A stretch of DNA of 64,000 bases from Phoronis australis (Eukaryota > Animalia > Phoronida). The translations under genes were made by a program, and so were the position numbers. The notes under the pieces were generated by a model, which was not told where the DNA came from, did no database searches, and saw nothing but the letters and a program-made list of their open reading frames with translations. The stretch is taken from the NCBI GenBank assembly GCA_002633005.1, contig NMRA01000760.1, positions 71,432-135,431 on the forward strand, written 5' to 3'. Positions 51,501 through 63,235 of the stretch are shown here, in pieces; the first letter of the stretch is position 1, and every line of letters begins with the position of its first letter.

Positions 51501-53597
51501 GTGTTACATAGAAAGTGCAGTTAATCAAATAAGAGCTCACAATTACGCTAAACTGGTAGAAAATAAACATTGGTGACACGGGTGGATCCAGGATTCTGAG
51601 GTTAGGAGGGGCCAGGGCAGAGTATTATCCAGGATTTTGCCCGTCAGATATTCGCACTCCCGAACTGCCAAATGGAATCTGGGAGGATTTTAGGGGGGGG
51701 GGGGCATTGCCCTCTTGGCCGCCCTCTAAATCCGCCACTGGGTGAGTACAGAAATACGCACGCGATTCAGGGATTTTAGTTGAGCCCCTATTTAGGTCAG
51801 TCTTGTGCAATTGGTCAAAGAGGGGTATCACAATACCAATTAAGGAGAACTCGCATTGCATGCGGGGACAAAACCGAAAAAGTAAACAGCGCTTAATATT
51901 AAATTCGAAATTAAAAAGAGAAATACTTTAACCTATACGAATATTCTCAATTTTCATGAAATATCAATTTCACACACTGTCAACGAAATACTTTGAAGGA
52001 TACAAATTTTAGCTGTTAACACGGTTTAACTCGCTTTAATTGGAAGACTGTATTTTGAATATTCAAAGATATCGAAAGTCAACCGTTGAGAGAAAACTGT
52101 TGAGCATAAACATAGATCAGAGAAGCACACATGTATGTGTACCAAACGCACGTGTGAGAAGTAGTAGAAACATCCAGATTCGGGCAAAAACAGTGAAAAA
52201 TGCGGGAAAGTTGGGAAAATGGAGAAAAACAGAGCAAAAATATGTTACCCCGAAGCAGCAACAAAGTCTAAATACGTTTGTGCTGAGCAGCTCTGCAAAC
52301 GAGCGTAACACTCCAGTTTTGTCAATAGCCTATCTTCATCAAAAAGACACCGCTTGGCTTACAACGATGACAATTGGCGCAACAAAATAGATATAATCCC
52401 ACAAGAATGTGTTTTTGTTTGCAAAAATTGATATAGAACAGTTTCATAATCGTAACACATTGGGTGAATATTCGTGTTTATTGAACCGATGACATAAGTT
52501 TGTGGAGTATCCAATGACGAAGTGAAAATGAGGCTAATATGTGTAGGTAGCCGACAAGCGCGATGACTAAGCCGTCAGACATGGTTCTCTGCACTAAACG
52601 CCAGGAGCCACAGTGGTATTATTTTTCATCACTTTCTACTAGAAGAGAAAAAGGACTGAGACAATGATCATATGACACGGTGCAGAAGACCACAGGCCTA
52701 GGCAGGCCTACTTTTAACTCTTTCGACCACTGACAACGAATATAGATTTGCTTTAGCTGAGTGTTTTGAAGCGTCCAGCTAGCATAACAGTAGACTCATC
52801 GTTCTGAGTTTTTTTCTTTCATTCAAAATATTTAGTAGTACATAATGCAACTATCTTAAAGCTTCTTACAGAAGTCAGGCGTTTATTAATTTCACTTTTA
52901 ATATCTACATAACCGCCGTTTTTTTTCCGAAACCTAGCATCTATTGCTTAGCCAAAAAATACAACAAATAGATCCAAAATTTATTAATATTATCGAATCT
53001 TTCGAATTCCCCGGCTTCTATTGGAAAACTGCCTTCTATTAGTAATTTTACGTTTCTAATGGCACGTCAGGAGATCGTTGGGGTTACCACGCGCACGGTT
53101 TTATGACGTTTGCCAGCGGCGAAATAATTATGATATTAACGAAGATAAAGAGATTTGTCTACTGTATGCTTATCACAACGTACATGTACATGTGTAAGAA
53201 TTATTGCAGGCGTGTACATACTTAATGTAAATCTCAACCGGAAATTTATTCAATTAAACCGGTGTATGTTTCTTTAAATCCTACCTTTTCTTTTATTCCC
53301 AACATCTCGTCTCTGTGCGTGGTTTGGTTGTTAGTCATATCCAACACGGCTACACCAACGTTACACCTTATACCAAAACTGATTAGGAAACCAACGCTAC
53401 CAAGGCAAGCAATAAGGTATCTTTGAGCGCACTGACAGGGACATCCGGGACATCGTGGACAACGTGGGAAACATGATCGCAGCCCTTTCGAGCCACTCTC
53501 GTCGAACCCCTGTTCCACTGCTTCTTCGACTGTATACTCCTCGTCCAGTTCATCGTAGCGAACGAAACTCTTCTCTTCGTCACTTCTTCTAAGGAAG
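24424..53597 (-). CDS. VGLUT: Vesicular glutamate transporter (VGLUT, SLC17A6/7/8 co-ortholog); 12 confident coding exons, start exon lies further upstream
   Basis: complement join 53597-53285, 46786-46668, 46126-46012, 45362-45275, 43812-43726, 43282-43146, 40767-40618, 39150-39018, 36810-36700, 36196-36069, 33805-33613, 24557-24424; all phases compatible. VGLUT motifs [63 protein letters not shown] and [12 protein letters not shown]. Confidence 0.97.
27316..27490. mobile_element. MITE with CACTGGCGTAGCCA TIRs
   Basis: Perfect 14-bp inverted termini CACTGGCGTAGCCA / TGGCTACGCCAGTG. Confidence 0.8.
27800..31000 (+). mobile_element. Decayed non-LTR retrotransposon with restriction-like endonuclease (HERO clade, R2/NeSL group)
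   Basis: Frameshifted ORF pieces in order: N-terminal zinc finger [23 protein letters not shown]; RT motifs ([70 protein letters not shown]); [18 protein letters not shown]; RLE motif LRPDVVL...LTVAWEE...AHERKLLRY. Antisense within the last VGLUT intron; ends approximate. Confidence 0.92.
32870..32999. mobile_element. Truncated copy of the CATGCGCGCACCC MITE family
   Basis: One terminus GGGTGCGCGCATG and about 130 bp similar (inverted) to 62981-63100. Confidence 0.7.
33613..33805 (-). CDS. VGLUT: VGLUT exon (TM12)
   Basis: [38 protein letters not shown]...KINPK, phase-1 donor G|GTATTA. Confidence 0.94.
34609..35264. mobile_element. hAT-like MITE spanning an assembly gap, 6-bp TSD
   Basis: TAATGT|CAGTGGCGGATCTAGG...CCTAAGTCCGCCTATG|TAATGT. 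Confidence 0.8.
34635..35097. other. Assembly gap
   Basis: N run. Confidence 1.
36069..36196 (-). CDS. VGLUT: VGLUT exon
   Basis: [43 protein letters not shown]. Confidence 0.97.
36700..36810 (-). CDS. VGLUT: VGLUT exon
   Basis: [37 protein letters not shown]. Confidence 0.97.
39018..39150 (-). CDS. VGLUT: VGLUT exon
   Basis: [44 protein letters not shown]. Confidence 0.97.
40618..40767 (-). CDS. VGLUT: VGLUT exon
   Basis: [50 protein letters not shown]. Confidence 0.96.
42251..42648. repeat. Long imperfect inverted repeat (about 190-bp arms, 21-nt loop)
   Basis: 42251-42441 is the reverse complement of 42463-42648, with scattered mismatches and small indels. Confidence 0.95.
43146..43282 (-). 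CDS. VGLUT: VGLUT exon
   Basis: [46 protein letters not shown]. Confidence 0.96.
43726..43812 (-). CDS. VGLUT: VGLUT exon
   Basis: [29 protein letters not shown]. Confidence 0.96.
44270..44425 (+). repeat. Degenerate GTTGTC/CCGTGGTTGTC low-complexity repeat
   Basis: Read directly; explains the spurious ORFs at 44140-44603. Confidence 0.85.
45275..45362 (-). CDS. VGLUT: VGLUT exon
   Basis: [29 protein letters not shown]. Confidence 0.97.
45554..45740. repeat. Palindromic element (about 187 bp hairpin), probable MITE
   Basis: CACATCACGTGACCTAATGAACATAAGTTCGAAAAGA...TCTTTTCGAACTTATGTTCATAAGGTCACGTGATGTG, with arms extending outward. Confidence 0.9.
46012..46126 (-). CDS. VGLUT: VGLUT exon with GC donor (absent from the ORF track)
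   Basis: ttttcag|[38 protein letters not shown]|GCAAGT. Confidence 0.94.
46250..46620 (+). repeat. Compound trinucleotide microsatellite (GAT)n/(GTT)n/(GGT)n
   Basis: Read directly. Confidence 0.92.
46668..46786 (-). CDS. VGLUT: VGLUT exon
   Basis: [39 protein letters not shown]. Confidence 0.96.
46887..47125. mobile_element. hAT-like MITE with 5-bp TSD, inserted into a 42-bp minisatellite
   Basis: ATACC|CAGAGGCGGATCTAC...GTAGTTCTGCCACTG|ATACC. Confidence 0.88.
47126..47313 (+). repeat. 42-bp tandem repeat (about 4.4 units, plus a partial unit at 46855-46886)
   Basis: GACAGGTTTCCTTCAAGATGTAGCCCTAACACTGTATATAGC units. Confidence 0.93.
47622..47807. mobile_element. MITE with imperfect TIRs of about 45 bp
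   Basis: CACCTCGGGTAGTTTCG...TTTTCCCCTC vs GAGGGAAAATTTGAG...CGAAAATACTCGAGGTG. Confidence 0.7.
51577..51740. mobile_element. hAT-like MITE with perfect 5-bp TSD
   Basis: GGTGA|CACGGGTGGATCCAG...CTAAATCCGCCACTG|GGTGA. Confidence 0.85.
52714..53130. mobile_element. TTAA-target non-autonomous DNA element (piggyBac-like, decayed)
   Basis: TTAACTCTTTCGACCACTGAC ... GCCAGCGGCGAAATAATTA degenerate inverted termini. Confidence 0.45.
53285..53597 (-). CDS. VGLUT: VGLUT exon (N-terminus, TM1)
   Basis: ttttag|[11 protein letters not shown]...[33 protein letters not shown]...KEK|GTAGGA. Confidence 0.93.
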
Positions 53598-54361
53598 CTA
53601 AAATGAACAAAATGAACAGGTGTTCAGCAATAGTTATATTTGCACTCATTGATAATGACATTAGTGCTAGGTCGTCACCGAATATCCCAAAGGACTATTA
53701 AGGAACTCGTTACTTTTTCCTGTAACGAAACTGGAAATAAATTAATGAAAGCCTGTTAAACTTATTACGATTGCATTACGACTATGAAAATGAACAAAAT
53801 ATGAACACACGTTCAGTTTGTTAGAATGCATTTTGCGGGTGTTATGACATTTGTACAGGTCCGTGACCGTGTATTAAAACAGACTGTAACGGAACCACTG
53901 AAGAACCTCCTTTGGAAGTAATTATACTTTGTATTCAACCAGTGCATGAATGGTCCAGATAGCTAACGCACAGCTTAGTCGCAAATGCCAACCTGTATTT
54001 TAGAAACGTTTGCAAAAGCATAAAGTTCTGTTTCTCGTGAAACAGAACATTTTTCTTACACTGTATAAATCACAATCTATAACATCATGCTACGTGTACC
54101 TTTCAGTCAGTAGTACCTGTGGACTTATGTTTATACACACTTTTTCAAGACCATCATGTTTACAATACAGAGACTGGTCCGTTTTTGGTATAGAGGAACA
54201 GACATACAAATGCCTGTGCACGTGCAACAGTCTAGTTCGGTTTCAAAAATGAGTTGAATTGCACACAATATACGGAATTCGATGCAAGATATCAGTTCAT
54301 TACTTAACACTTTCGTACGCGCCAAATTACGTGAGTGTGCAAAATGTCTAGTTGGTTTAAA

Positions 54362-54666
54362 TTAAGGTGATGCAGGACCCAGGAAAAATGGTCAATTTTG
54401 GCTGACTTCGGAACATCATATCTCAGTAAAAGATTCGCATGAAACTGTTAGATACTATGCTTTGAAAATTGTTCTTCAAAACACTGTTAGGAATGTTCCA
54501 CTTCAAAACACTGTTAGGAATGTTCCACTTCAAAACACTGTTAGGAATGTTCCACTTCAAAACACTGTTAGGAATGTTCCACTTCTGCTTTGTGAGAATC
54601 AAAAGGACTTACGTTATTTTTGTGTAAAATATTAATCTGCATCATGAAAATGACACGATCCCTTAA
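54362..54666. mobile_element. Kolobok-like non-autonomous element with an internal 27-bp x4 tandem repeat (54474-54585)
   Basis: TTAAGG...CCTTAA termini; similar to the 7645 region; unit CTTCAAAACACTGTTAGGAATGTTCCA. Confidence 0.65.
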
Positions 54667-57600
54667 AAAGCCGTAACAGCTTTTTTGAGATTTTATCTTG
54701 AACGTTTATATCATAAGACATTTTTTGTAATATTGATCACGTTGTTTTGCTAGGAATGTATCTTTATTTTTTGCTAAACTTTTCCATTTGGTCACGTGAT
54801 CTAATTAGTGTCAGAATGGCACAAATTTTCGAGAATTCATACTTTCAGAAAAAAAGTACTTTTACTGAGTTGAATTATACTGTTTTGTAGATAATTAGGT
54901 AAACGTACAGACTTGTTGATAAGGTCCAAGATAGCCTCAAGCTTGTCACAGATCGATTTTAAGGCAAATCAATATATGTGTCAGTTTCCAGTTTCAAGAC
55001 TCAGTTTTAACTGAATTATGAAAAAAAAATACATGTGCCAGTTTTCAGCTCAAAAGCACAACTCAAAATGAATTGAATTGAAGAGTTGATAAATACATCG
55101 TAGATGATCTTCAGCGTAAAATCAAAACAAGGACAATTTCGGAATCATATCCACGTTTAAATTTACAATACTCTTGTTCATGTAAAATGTACTTCAGAAG
55201 TGATGACACATATAGTGGCCGGCTATGTCATCTCCTTTCACGACGATCACGTTTGCTTAGACATAAAAACCTCCGCGGGATGTTTTCACTGCTACCTAGA
55301 CATTTTGGCCACACTTAACACATTCAGTAGTTTACCAGCACGTGAATACTATCACGTTTTGATGCAACCTGTATTTATTTGAAATAATTGATTTCGCCTA
55401 CGGGTTATAAATTGACTGACTTTGTCATCTGAACAGTCAACTAAGTGAAGAATAATACTTGTATAATATTTGTAACGTGCAATTTATTTATGCTGTCTGT
55501 TTTGACAATGAATGTTGAACCCCCTGGATAGTGTGCGTGATCATTAGTTAGTTAGTGCACAGCCAGCTAATTATTGTAACTGCTGTATTGGCTTATTAAC
55601 TAACGGGTTATAGATCGCACGAACCAGTGTGACAATTAACGTGATTCACTGTGCACGTAGGCTATTTTAAGATTATGTAGAACCATAGAAGAATGTCCAA
55701 AATGGATGATCGGATTCACTTTCACATAGCACGCCTTATACACTGCTCTCTAAAACTCTAAAAGTGGTTTTTAAATATTCCACTTTTCCATGAGGGGCTA
55801 TCAAAAATAGGACTTATATATTTTTTTCTGAAACATTTGCATAAAACAAAAATGATAATTTAGAAATCTGAAAAAGTATTTTTGAGATTTTACTTTGCCG
55901 ATTTATACAAATATATTGTCATTTGATTGACCATGTTATTGAGCGAGAATTTTACCGTTTTTCCTAAAAAGCAAGGCCTCGTGACCTGATTAGAAGCAGA
56001 TTGGTATAAAGTCAAAAATCTAATTTTATGGAATTTCTACTTGCAGAAAATAACTACTGTTGCTGAGTTAAATTCTATTGTTTATAGGCACTTAGTTAAA
56101 TGTACAGACTTGTCGATAAAATCATGCAAAGGCTTAATGAATCCTGTACAGCAGTATTATGTCAAAACTCTCCATGTATATGCACTATGTAAGAGTTACG
56201 TAATATTCTCGTGCATCTCAGTGTCAGCTTTTGCACATTTTCTTCTACCAAAACAACTTTTACTGAGCAATCTTTTATGGAAGAATGGGCTTGGACAAAA
56301 TATGGAATAAACGCAAAGGAAAAGACAATAGTTCTGCCGGATCATGTTCGAGTATATACAAATATCTACAAAGGTCAAACGTTTCGATGACATTTCAGTA
56401 GGGCACTACAGGAACTTTTCAAAACATAAAATACCTTTACATGTCAGCAAAATTCAGCAATTCAAAAACTCCGAGTTGACCAAATTAATAAAACGTGTTA
56501 TTCTGACACGGCGTACGGAACCTTCACATTATGTAGTCACGTTTACGAACAATGCAGCGGTTTATTGGACCGGGAAAGGATGGTGAGTACTAATGAGTGA
56601 AACGCATTATTTTGCTGTTGAATCGTGCTTTGCTGTGTCAGTTCTTGATTATAATTTCACTTATTTTTTGTGGCTTACTGGCAATTTCCGACTATGAGCA
56701 CGTACAATGTATGTCGGTAATAAAATATACGACTAGGCGTATATTTATGGCAGCAGAAAGAGAGAATTCACAACAGCGACGTGGTGGTCGATCACGTCGA
56801 CATGGTGACCGACAAGGTCGATAATTTCGACCATGACTGTAGCTTTTTATGGACAGTACCTTACATGTGCATGCCCGAGAGTATAACGCTGTTCCCCGTA
56901 GTTTTTTCAAAAATATATCGTAACAGGTACCGTTTGTTTAGTAAAAGATGGCAAAGTTACGCGTTTTCGATTGAAAATTTGATTTCATTTAGGTCTTACA
57001 TCTACTTCCCTTTAAAATGGGGATTCACCAAGGCATTTTTTCCGAACTATGCGCTCCTGGCTTGTTTTTGGAATACGATCGTTACATCGCCATGCTGGGG
57101 CGGATTAACCATAAAGTTGACGAGGATGAAGCTTAGGGGTCCGGTAAGGCCCGGGACCTGGATGGACAGAGAAATTCCATGTCCAAAATTTGTGTACCTG
57201 TGACGTACTACTAAATATGATTTTCATTTCGCATCATAATAACCCAAAATTGAAGCGTTCAAATCCTCCACCAGGGGTCGCGTACTATTTTGAAAACAAG
57301 ATGTTGAAATATGCTAAAACGCATCCCTGTGATTATTGCTGAATGGGATGGACTTTTTAAAGTTAAATAGATTCGACCCGGACTATAATACAATGAAATC
57401 CGTTGTGATTTTTTGTGATTGCAATTCGACAATTCTAGCTGTCGTCAGCCAGACACTGGCTGAAATCAAGCCTGGTGATATTACCAGTTACATACGCTCA
57501 ACATACTCCGCTGCCTAAGAATTGAAGCCTTTTCGACAACGAAAGAGGGCCTTTTCCAGTGTACATGTAATTCCCTTCAAAAGCGTTCACTTCGACAGCC

Positions 57601-60600
57601 ACAAACTCTGTACCTCTTCTGACAACTCAATATAAAGATTAATAGAAGGATTTTTAACGTTATCTATATTTTTAAGTTTTGGTTGTACATGTTAATGATA
57701 TAATCATTTCTTAAAACTTGACATATTCGCTTGGACTACTTCAGGCTTAACGGTCACGACTTGCTACTAAAGGGTTGGGATTTATGGGACTAAACCGCCG
57801 CTAAAAAAGGCCGTGGGAGGTTTCTGGAACGTACAGAATCTTTACGAGAGGTTGGTCTTTCATGCAAGCTCCTAATAAATGGTTCCCTTAGTTCGAAGCC
57901 AATTTCTCAACATGTGGGTACCCTAAGTTTCCAACTGCGCCCCCGCCATCACTATAGTCCTTTACCTCCCCCGGGGCACCGCGTTGAACTACGAGCGATC
58001 TTGTTTCTAACTTCTGCGTAGTGCGCATGCATGCAGCAGAATACGTCATCTCCGCCTTGAATCCCATACAGTGTATAACCAAGGTGGGGTTAGCTGGTGA
58101 AAATACTAGAGGGGTAGGATGTTTGCTAGCATGAATAACTATTGAGCAACTAAGGGTGATGAGCAGCTACAATTGAGAGGTTATTCACTGATTTGAGCTT
58201 ATGCATGCATTTTGCTACGACCGTTGAATCCTTTAATGTAGGCCTTTGTTATTGCGTGTCATAGCGAGCCTACCTCTGTAAATTTGCAACTTTTTTAGTC
58301 TAACGTTACCACCTGCCAATCCACAAAAGTTTAGTTTTGCAATGAGCTAATGGTCATCCTCTGGATTTTTGCATTCCGTTTAGAGGTTTCGAAATACGCC
58401 TAGCCAAAGAGAATATTTCTGTTTGGATGTAAATGTCGATAACTTACGGATTTTTAGACGTAAACACCAGGAGATCGTGCAGCGCTAAAATGTCTCTCTT
58501 CGCCCATGTGCCCATTGAAAAGTGAACTCGCTCAGCAGCGCCACAATACGGTTTTTATCCAAATTCCCAGTGAAATTACTACAATTTCTACAACAATCCT
58601 ACATCCCCGCTGCATTACTTAAGGTTATGGATTCGCAAATGGTAATGGGATTACATTTGGGAGACAGTTCGGCTACTTATATTCCTTAAAAATCAATTTA
58701 ACTCCCACGAGTTAAGTATGAACATAATTTCTGGTCACTGCATTCGAAGATTTGGACTACATCAGTGTGTACACAGTAAGCATTCCTGCCTCTTGCCAGT
58801 ACAAACTGGAGTCCCTTGGTGTGCAACAGTGTGAAAGATATTTCATTAAAATTTCGATGAATAGTCCCGTGATCGTTGACAATGTCTAAATACATCAGCA
58901 TAAACGCCTTGGATCGCGAATAAGGCGTAGTGCATGTCCGCACGACATTTATATCCCCCTACTTTTTGACGAATTCTCTGAATTCGCCCATGTTCAGTGC
59001 TAGCTCATCAATAAGGACACTGTCAACGAATGGCTGTCAGTTCTTATTCCGATAAATTTAAAATGCGCTGCTTAAGCATTTAATTCTGCCAACACATTCC
59101 AATTTCTCGCATGTTAGGACGTTATCCTATTACACAGTGTACACATCATAGAATGTACAAAAACAGATTCACTTTCGAGGGTCATAACCTAAAAATTTAG
59201 GCACGCGTGTTGAAACTTGACTCTCGAGGGACACAACCCAAAAATTAGAGTTCTTATGTTTACAAGTAACGTAAACCACCGGGTTACTTGCATGATTAAG
59301 TGAAGCGCATTGACACGAAAATCATCGTGGCAGTGATCAAACTCCTAAGGAACGAGAGTGATACGTCTGCGATCTGTGCGGGAGCGCGTGTTATGTCGTA
59401 GGTAGAAACGTTGAAACAATAGTTGCGTAAACCAAGCGCGAATAAATAGTCACTGTGTACCAAAGTAAGAATGTTCACACCCAGAACTTGATGGAGGCGT
59501 GCACTGTGCGTAACCTTTATATGTGCCTCATCGTGCCACTGAGTCCCATTTATGTCGCGAACAGTGCGTAAATTATGCGCCAAAAATTCGCAAATGCAAC
59601 GCAAGCAGATTTCCGCTGAACTGTCACATTTCCTCACGCCAAATTGGGTGTCAGTACAAGCCAAAACACACGAAAGGCTCGCGCGCGCGAAGGGGGCCGT
59701 TTTTCGATCTATCTGTGTGTGGCGCACGTTACTTGTTTTGGTCACGTTTTCTGTCATTTTGGGCAATAATGAGTGCCTTTTATCTCCGTAGCGAGAGTAG
59801 GGTTTCTGCAGAGGCAATTTAGGCTTTCAGGGTTTTAAAACGAAAATTGCACGCACCTGACAAATTCACTCAATAAGCGCCACTTTTGGAGGGGTTTCAC
59901 TTGCACTGGGTAGGTTTTTGTTGTCCCAAAACGATAAATTAGGATCTATTTTTGACGGCTTTTCTTCAGCGTAATGGGTACCGGGTTTTTGCGTTGTGCC
60001 CCCAAGGTTTCACTCTTCCCCGCCTGGTTTAATGTTATCGAAAGCCGCGTAGCCAATGGCCCGACGAGACGATTAAGATATATGGTCTTGGCATAAGCAC
60101 GTGAGTCAACATGCATTGCTACATGTTGGGTTAAACTTGCTCCGTGTTTACCATTTATCATTTATCATCCGTGTCTACGATGTGGCGGAAACAACAGACA
60201 GTGTTAAAGTTCTTTTTTGTTTGTTTGGAGGTAAGTAGTGGCGAATATATAGCAGAGAATAAATGAATTCATATCCGCAGACGGGTAAAAATATTACTTT
60301 ACGTGTAATGCGTGTGTTTTTTATCTTTATGCTTCCAAACGATCGGTTATTAAGAGGCTAATTGCGATGACGATTTGTGTCCGTGTAAACTATCAGAAAT
60401 TGGGTTTATTCTCTCCTTCTTCTGTTTTTTCCATGTTTCCTCTTCGGTAGACGTACATGTGATACGTTCGTAAGAAAGAGAAAACTTCGTTTTGGAAAGC
60501 ATTTACCAAATTTGTCTGCGCGGACGTTAAATAGAAAAACAATCTTAATACAAGACCAATTAGCGTGATCGATGGAATTTCTTTAGATGATCCGCTGTAT

Positions 60601-61779
60601 AATATCTGCCAACGAATGATCAGTTGGGAAATAATTTTATTACGTCTAACTAATTATGCATTCTGAGATTGCGTGCCTGCAGTGTTTTCCCCGCCATTTG
60701 CTAAGATATATCCAGCGTTCATGCAACTCGCTGAAAAACGCTGCACACAAGCGGTACATGAAGATTTTAAAACAAGTATATCGATGTTTCGGCACAGTAG
60801 TTCCGTCACCAAATGTTGGCCCTCGATCATCATAAAATTTCCACCCACAGGATTGTTCGTCAAAATAATTTTCCAGCTTTTGTACACTGTAAAAATACCC
60901 ATTAGTTTTTGTTCAGGTAATTGAAAGAAACGTCACAATGCAAAGTTTTATTCAAAGCGTTTATATTCACCGTTTAATTAAGACAGGTTGAATGATTTGT
61001 GAATCTAGAGTTTCTCTAAAACAACAAAGCTGTGGTTGGAAATCGCGCGCTTCTCAGGTCACGAGTTTACTTCTGAGGCAAGTGAAGTAGCAAAACACTA
61101 ACGACACCTTACATAACATTGTTACTGGTGTCACCTCGCCATACACGCACCCCAGGAACCAGTGGACATGCACCCCAGACCAGGTCTTAGCAACACCATG
61201 GGAGATGGTGAAATATTTCCCCAAGACAATTCTGACTGATAAAATCATGCCCAAGTGAATGCCAACATTGTAAATATAATGGTAATTTAGCTACGGAGAC
61301 AGAGGGATGGTACACAGAACTCTGTACATGTACGTGTAAATGCTGTCTCGCCGCCGTTCTACCGCTACCGTACGCCTACTGTACATGATTACCAAGCGAG
61401 GTACCTTCTCGGGAGTAAGAAGGAAAGCCACTCTATCGTATTGTTGGCATCTCATACATAGAGTTCGGCATGACAATGTAACAAAAACCAAGCTGCGATA
61501 TGAAAGACCAACAAAAGAAAATCCAGAAGACAGAAGAAACCTCTGATCCTTAATTCTCACTCGCAGGTCGGGTATAACCATATTCACGTGGTCTACCCTA
61601 GGGGGCGCGATTATATATAACTGGCCGGACAAAATAGAAACTTTCGTTATGAATTTCAAAGCGGTTTGTTGGACAAGTTTCCTGCTGGACAGGTCGTGTG
61701 AATGGACCTGTTGGCCCAATAAACGTTCGGCTGTTGCAGAAGTGGGCATTTGAGTAAATAGGAATCGACTATCGCTTAC

Positions 61780-61790
61780 TTCTGGGCCAT
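61780..61790 (-). CDS. Candidate VGLUT start-codon mini-exon
   Basis: ATG GCC CAG AA|GTAAGC gives the phase-2 donor needed to join the 53597 exon (about 572 aa in total); no homology support. Confidence 0.3.
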
Positions 61791-62980
61791 TCTAAATGAA
61801 CTGTAACTATGAAATGGCATTGATAAAAGAGCTCTACATTGCTTGCAGTGCTGGTTATGAAAACAAGTTGACTTTTGTGTGATATCCGTCATAGAAACAC
61901 AGCTGAAGCACCTAACCCCCCCATATCAATCACCATTTACGGTTCGTAGTAAACGCATTAGGTCCATGGTAAGGTGGACTGTTGCCTCACAGATTCGGGC
62001 AAAATCAACAAATAATGAAAGAAAACAAGAAAAATTCTGTTAGAACCTTTTCCACTGAAAAAAAAAACACGCTGAATAGCATTATAAAAGCCGGATCGAA
62101 AGCAAATGTTAAACTTTAATGTTTACGCGAGAGGATTGGTTGCAACCGGGAAGGGAAACTGGGGCACGAACCGGGGAGATGAAGTTAATGACTGCCGCAC
62201 TCAATGACAAAGTTCAGATACGTCTATGTCCCTACATCCAGACAAATACAACAGCAAAATTTGATTGCACGTGAAAACCACAAGTACCCAGGCACCGTCT
62301 CAATTACCGCCACAGTCTTAAAGTACAATACACCCATATTGACTATGCTGCCAGTTGAACTGACCAAACTGTTGCCCAATAAAATTTACTTGATTTTCAA
62401 TCGATGAAAGTGCAATTAAACAAAAATGTGTGTGTTTTGTACATGATTTATTCCTGTCCAACGTGCAACCGGATGCTTTTAAAGAGAACTGGTGAAAATG
62501 GATTTTTTCGTTTGTCGAGTGATGTGTAGACGCATATCGGGATCTCTCGAGTCAGCAGACAAATCAAGTTCACCATAACCTGTATGTGATACGGAACAAA
62601 AGTTTTGTAATGATAAAGCACATTGGTGGTATTTGAGATATGTCATGCTTGGGCAACTGCAATTTCTGATTGAGAAATAAAGGCGTGACCCTCACAGGCT
62701 TTTTGTATTTTTTTCCACCAACACAACCGTGAAGGACAGTGACGTCAAAATGATAAAGGACGAAAATATTTGTAGAGCATTGAACAGAAGCACATTTTTG
62801 TGTGTGTTGGCGATTGTGTTTGTAGACAAAAGCGTTCAATTGCACTGATTCGAATGTCGGCCACAAAAAACAGCAGCTATGACGACAATGGCGACGCTGA
62901 CGTTACATTTCATGTGTAATTTATAAGGACGATGTGCAACTTGGGAGCGGGTTAAATAACACCAGTCAGCCAAAACATTG

Positions 62981-63235
62981 CATGCGCGCACCCCGTGGGC
63001 TCGGGGGGACTCGAACGAGCCCCCCATTTGGAGAAGTGGGAAAAAAAGGTCAGCCTCAGAGAAACAAAAAGTTCGAGAAAACGAGACAAAAGTCCACTAA
63101 AAAGGCGCAGACGCACAGTTCACAGACCTGAAGGTGGTACCACGTTTTTTTTCAGTCCTCCCTCTTTTTTGTTAGCAAAAGTTCCACTTCGTCAGAGATT
63201 CGAGCCCCCAATATTAAAGGCTGGGTGCGCGCATG
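62981..63235. mobile_element. hAT-like MITE with 13-bp TIR and perfect 5-bp TSD
   Basis: CATTG|CATGCGCGCACCC...GGGTGCGCGCATG|CATTG. Confidence 0.9.

Noticed and set aside
59296-59822. 173-aa minus-strand ORF and overlapping plus-strand ORFs
   Set aside because: No recognisable domain or compatible splice sites; probably a CpG-rich repeat or regulatory sequence
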